Source of the DNA: a virus
Taxonomy: Duplodnaviria; Caudoviricetes
Strand: one strand, 5' to 3'
Length of the DNA: 27,822 nucleotides
Virus record (IMG/VR): IMGVR_UViG_3300050144_000065
Span: 1-27,822 of that record
The notes under the pieces are model-generated. The model was given only the letters and a program-made list of their open reading frames with translations, made no database searches and was not told where the DNA came from. A program made the translations under genes and the position numbers. Position 1 is the first letter of the stretch; the number at the start of each line of letters is the position of its first letter. Of the stretch, positions 25,001 to 27,822 are shown piece after piece.

Positions 25001-27822
25001 TTTCAAAGACTCAACCACGGGTGAGCCTATCGGAACTCAGGAAATCGCCGAACTGGCAGTTGAGGATAGAGGCACGCCTGGAACTGGAAAAGCTGGCAGT
25101 ACCACTCTACAAAGAACGGCTCTGTTCAAATCCTTGGTACAAAGCGAGGGAGCACGAAGCGCATTTCTGGAGTCAGTACGTGGGCAGCAGGATAGTGGAA
25201 GCGCGAACCCTAGTGGAGCGCTCGCTGGCACCTTCTACCAAGGCAATGTAAAGCCCGGGTTCGACCAGACCCAGACCGAAGCCTTCAAGCGTTGGAGCAA
25301 CGACGCCCCCCTGGTGGACAGTGCATCCGCCGAAACCCACGAATTCAAGACCGGCCAGAAGCTAGCCCTTGAGGCCTATCACGGCACCGCGCGCCCTGAC
25401 CGGGTGGGCACGGTGTTTCAAAAGAAGCGGGCCACGTCCGGCCCCATGGCGTTCTTCACGTCCAACCCCGAGCTGGCCAGCAGCTACGCCAAAGGCAAGG
25501 CCGACACCAGTCTGGCCAACGAAGATCAGGACTACGCCAATTGGTTCAAGTTCAAACCGCAGGGTCAACGCTCAAGCGTTGATCTGGTGCGCGCCTGGTA
25601 CTCACTGGACAGCGAGACAAAGAACAAAATCGCCGAGCTGGCACCCCGCGTAACCTATGGCGAAGAGCAAAACGAAGATGGCAGCAATGCCATTGTGCTG
25701 GGCGACGAAGGCCACACCAACGGCACGGGCAGCTACGACTACAACCTGCAACAGACCCAGCGTGGGTATGACAAGCGGGGCAACCCCCTCAAAGCGCTGG
25801 TCGAGGACTGGCTGAACAGCGGCAACCTGTTCAACGACGAAGAGCAATTCATGAAAGTGCTGCAACTTGCAGGCTTTCCGGTCAAGGACATCACCTACGA
25901 CTCGCCCCACTCGGCGTTCCCGTTTGTCTACAAAACCTATATCGAAATGCAGAACCCGCTGGTGACCAGCGACGTGCCGCAAGCCGTGGTTGACGCATTG
26001 AAGGCAGCGGCCAAAAAAGACCGAAGCCGTGCGGCAAGTGGCGGTGCAGATATGTGGGACAAAAACACCCGCACCCTCAAGGAATGGGTGGCCAACTACA
26101 CCGACCCGGCCAACGCTTCGGCGGCTTTTGTCTGGACATCAATCCCGGACAAAGTGACCGACATATTCAAGGCCATGGGCTACGACGGGATTGTGGACTG
26201 GTCAGGCAAGGGTGGTGGCGCCATTGTGTCGCCGGTCTACATTCCGTTCGCAGAGACCCAGGTGAAGAGTGCCATTGGCAACAAGGGCAAGTTCGATGGC
26301 AGCAAAAAGGACATTCTCAAGCAGGATGCCCGTGGCCAGATTGCATTTGCCAACGACATCACCCAGCAAGCCAGCGTTATGAGCTTGCTCAAAAACGCGG
26401 ACTTGTCCACCTTCATTCACGAGTCCGGCCACTTCTTTCTGGAAGTGCAAACCGACTTGGCCAACCGCATTGCGGCACGCGCGGCCCAGGGTGAAGTGAT
26501 CGGCGAGGGTGAGCGCTCGATCATGGACGACATGAACAAGACGCTGGCATGGATGGGCGTCAAGGCCACGCCGGAAATGTCCGCGCTAGACCATTGGGCC
26601 TATCTGTCACCCGACGAGAAGCGGCCCTATCACGAGCAATGGGCGCGTGGGTTTGAGGCCTATGCGTTCGAGGGCAAAGCCCCCAGCCTGGACTTGCAGC
26701 ACGCATTCCAGACATTCCGGGCGTGGCTGGTGAACGTGTACCGGGCGCTGCTCAAGTCGGTGAATGCCAGCAAGACCGACGTGGCGGGCGCCATGAAGGT
26801 GGAGTTGTCCGACGAAGTACGTAGCGTCATGGACCGCATGCTGGCCACCAGCGACCAGATTGCAGAAGCCGAAGCGGCACGCGATATGGGGCCGTTGTTC
26901 AAAACCGCCGAAGAGGCGGGCATGACCCTAGAAGAGTTCAAGGCCTACCACGACCAAGGCACCCAGGCCACCATGGACGCGGTGGACGAACTCCAAGCCC
27001 GTGGCTTGCGCGATATGCAATGGCTCAACAATGCCCGCTCGCGCAAGCTCAAAGAGCTGCAAAAAATGCACGACGCATTGCGTGCGCAGATTGCCCGTGA
27101 GGTGCGTTCAGAGGTCATGAGTCAGCCTGTTTACAGGGCGTGGACGTTCCTCACCAGCAAGGCTACCGACAAGGTGGTGGGCGAGAAACCACCCGGCAAT
27201 GCCAAGGGTTTGAACCCCGAAGTGGACAACCTGTTCACCGCGATTGCAAAGCTGGGCGGACTGGACCGGGCCGAAGTTAAAAAGCTCTGGGGCATTGACG
27301 AAAAAGAAAAGCTCGAATCCGGCGTGTTTGGCGCGCCCGTGGTGCGCAAGACTGGCGGCCTGTCCACCGATGCCATGGCCGAGCGCTTGCTGGAAAACGG
27401 CTACTTGCTGCCCGACGAGAACGGGCGGGCGGATGCCGACAAGTTTGAAGAGCTGTTTGACGACCAGCGCCGGGGCACGGATCGCTACTCGATCCAGCGG
27501 GATATGGCCGCTGCCTATGGTGATGCCCCGCTGAACTTGCCCGAGCTGCCCGAAGTGGGCTTTGGCAAGCTGCGCACCGAAGAGCTGCGCCGTCGCTACG
27601 GCACGGCGGACGACGCGGTATGGCGCAAGCTGTCTGAGCTGCGCATGACCAGCGACGAGGGCGGGCTAGACCCCGACGTGGTGGGCGAGCTGTTCGGTTT
27701 CAGCTCGGGTGACGAGCTGGTCAAGACCTTGGCCGCAACCGAGCCCCCCAAGTCGGTCATCGAGGGCATGACCGACACCCGCATGCTGCAAGAGCACGGC
27801 GACTTGGCCACCCCGGCCGGAT
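22053..27822 (+). CDS. Giant polyvalent ejection protein (T7 gp16 position), 3'-truncated by the window: 2 ART-like modules, GNAT-like module, zincin HExxH
   Basis: Hand-translated from ATG 22053 (MPNDVLSDDL) and open to the window end (at least 1923 codons). YHGT at 23898 and 25377, and HESGH at 26418, are all in the same frame. Absent from the ORF track because no stop is reached. Confidence 0.9.
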   Translation, partial: MPNDVLSDDLDPIIQAELEAKRARFKATVSSAVTVNPDDQAKYNRIATFLDQPKGVVVAMPADAERSAAIKKIADDASTSAVLQKKYSDADFAKLAHDDSGVLSSIAAAAKYLVSAPDASSTLMGDIAGGYHGANSGVSGAFGGVARTVGAPLDWLDNTAMPGGNPLRRLSEGFMGIADSEAAAQKTAQGKSETWLGGAVSSGVQSLSQNILMLPMALLPGGQAATLTGMASMAGGQSYQKDMADGVPHWKSMIHGVSDGVIEAGTELMPLGNLVHDVKAGTPLFTTILKNAWAENKGEQIATALQDLNDWAINDVNKGKTFGDYLAARPEAAAQTLIATLIGAGGNVTLMHGVQGAADRAAGFDRQAQVAEQHAQVLETMQATMQASKLLERSPDTLRSYAQDLADEGVPTVYVDSAKLVEAGVDLQALAQAVPSVAAQLEQAHTGGDLAIPTGELLTNTIGTEFAQPLIDHARTDVNGMSRSEATTYMQEKGDALNAEIEKVMTAKENDAEFKAGRDQVQAQILTQLNDIKRFTPKVNEQYATLAANFYAVTAARAGMTVQDFADKYKLGFSSNEVAGGMYDQGGKLATESQAFKDWFGDSKVVGTDGKPLVVYHGTAADFTEFKRTSGGEFGPAIYATDNPREAGEYGSGQQKPGVNVMPLYVSMYHPYTEGVDKFWQDFGKDDGDAAAIERARNAGYDGVIAKRADRYYDNEARQYVDQGGELTHYIVFDPTQVKSIFNRGTWNPNDANILSQAQIEDPKVGVSNVLLTLGQNDDLYQYPRSDALDVRDIAADKSWVNDKGEVATIQVSDVDKNTDDNELWMLANTTPVDDAAAGTKSWILTLPTGKHATLTTKGGEVYINVSGVGEGNGGSAVYDLAANYALNNGLVFVGDPNGVSPAAMRRRLENMLSSAIKYGTTDHLKPHPDQYLGDESIGVPPLDWTNGDTLGNIRSMVDVSIAATEHSNPNGASLVYDSGTDSFKDSTTGEPIGTQEIAELAVEDRGTPGTGKAGSTTLQRTALFKSLVQSEGARSAFLESVRGQQDSGSANPSGALAGTFYQGNVKPGFDQTQTEAFKRWSNDAPLVDSASAETHEFKTGQKLALEAYHGTARPDRVGTVFQKKRATSGPMAFFTSNPELASSYAKGKADTSLANEDQDYANWFKFKPQGQRSSVDLVRAWYSLDSETKNKIAELAPRVTYGEEQNEDGSNAIVLGDEGHTNGTGSYDYNLQQTQRGYDKRGNPLKALVEDWLNSGNLFNDEEQFMKVLQLAGFPVKDITYDSPHSAFPFVYKTYIEMQNPLVTSDVPQAVVDALKAAAKKDRSRAASGGADMWDKNTRTLKEWVANYTDPANASAAFVWTSIPDKVTDIFKAMGYDGIVDWSGKGGGAIVSPVYIPFAETQVKSAIGNKGKFDGSKKDILKQDARGQIAFANDITQQASVMSLLKNADLSTFIHESGHFFLEVQTDLANRIAARAAQGEVIGEGERSIMDDMNKTLAWMGVKATPEMSALDHWAYLSPDEKRPYHEQWARGFEAYAFEGKAPSLDLQHAFQTFRAWLVNVYRALLKSVNASKTDVAGAMKVELSDEVRSVMDRMLATSDQIAEAEAARDMGPLFKTAEEAGMTLEEFKAYHDQGTQATMDAVDELQARGLRDMQWLNNARSRKLKELQKMHDALRAQIAREVRSEVMSQPVYRAWTFLTSKATDKVVGEKPPGNAKGLNPEVDNLFTAIAKLGGLDRAEVKKLWGIDEKEKLESGVFGAPVVRKTGGLSTDAMAERLLENGYLLPDENGRADADKFEELFDDQRRGTDRYSIQRDMAAAYGDAPLNLPELPEVGFGKLRTEELRRRYGTADDAVWRKLSELRMTSDEGGLDPDVVGELFGFSSGDELVKTLAATEPPKSVIEGMTDTRMLQEHGDLATPAG
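24885..24913 (+). promoter_or_regulatory. Internal sigma70-like promoter upstream of the nested ORF
   Basis: TGGACA-N17-TAATAT inside the giant gene, in a locally AT-enriched stretch. Confidence 0.5.
24964..25251 (+). CDS. Candidate overprinted gene in the +1 frame (95 aa, or 104 aa from TTG 24937)
   Basis: The +1 frame is open and protein-like (SLSELRKSPNWQLRIEARLELEKLAVPLYKERL...HFWSQYVG), while host-frame codon usage becomes atypical over exactly this interval. Confidence 0.6.
   Translation: MEPALSTIAEPTVSKTQPRVSLSELRKSPNWQLRIEARLELEKLAVPLYKERLCSNPWYKAREHEAHFWSQYVGSRIVEARTLVERSLAPSTKAM

Larger units (their letters stand above)
1..27822. mobile_element. Temperate podovirus-type (BPP-1/epsilon15-like) phage or prophage, internal segment
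   Basis: Continuous phage gene order: cI/cro, primase-helicase, terS, terL, T7-like portal, scaffold, capsid, tail tubes, ejection proteins. No host genes or att sites are visible. Confidence 0.95.

Noticed and set aside
26054-26494. 146-aa alternative-frame ORF over ART module 2
   Set aside because: His/Arg/Gly-rich off-frame composition, and main-frame codon usage remains normal.
1-27822. Diversity-generating retroelement, integrase/att sites, lysis genes, tRNA, CRISPR
   Set aside because: A DGR was looked for because of the BPP-1-like layout, but no reverse transcriptase, TR/VR pair, recombinase, cloverleaf or spaced repeat array was seen. They may lie outside the window.

Overview
The whole window is one temperate short-tailed (podovirus-type) phage or prophage segment, organised like Bordetella phage BPP-1 and Salmonella phage epsilon15 and probably from a GC-rich proteobacterial host. 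From left to right it has leftward early genes, a lambda-like immunity region (PL/OL, two accessory genes, cI, OR/PRM/PR, cro), a PAPS-reductase-family gene split by a G9 run, a primase-polymerase/helicase and a repeat-rich origin-like region. These are followed by a small HTH gene, terS/terL, portal, a five-gene accessory structural block, and head and tail genes. The window ends with ejection proteins, the last being a polyvalent protein of at least 1923 codons that runs off the right edge and is missing from the ORF track. That protein carries two ADP-ribosyltransferase-like modules, a GNAT-like module and an HExxH zincin motif. Main observations: (1) an apparent overprinted gene with its own sigma70-like promoter nested inside the effector region of the giant ejection gene; (2) four copies of a late-promoter motif, GGTGCACGTAA-N16-xAxxxT; (3) a membrane protein plus a signal-peptide HNH-like protein co-transcribed with cI; (4) a poly-G frameshift in the PAPS-reductase-like gene. 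No integrase, tRNA, CRISPR array or DGR is visible. All family calls come from motif recognition and synteny, not from database searches.
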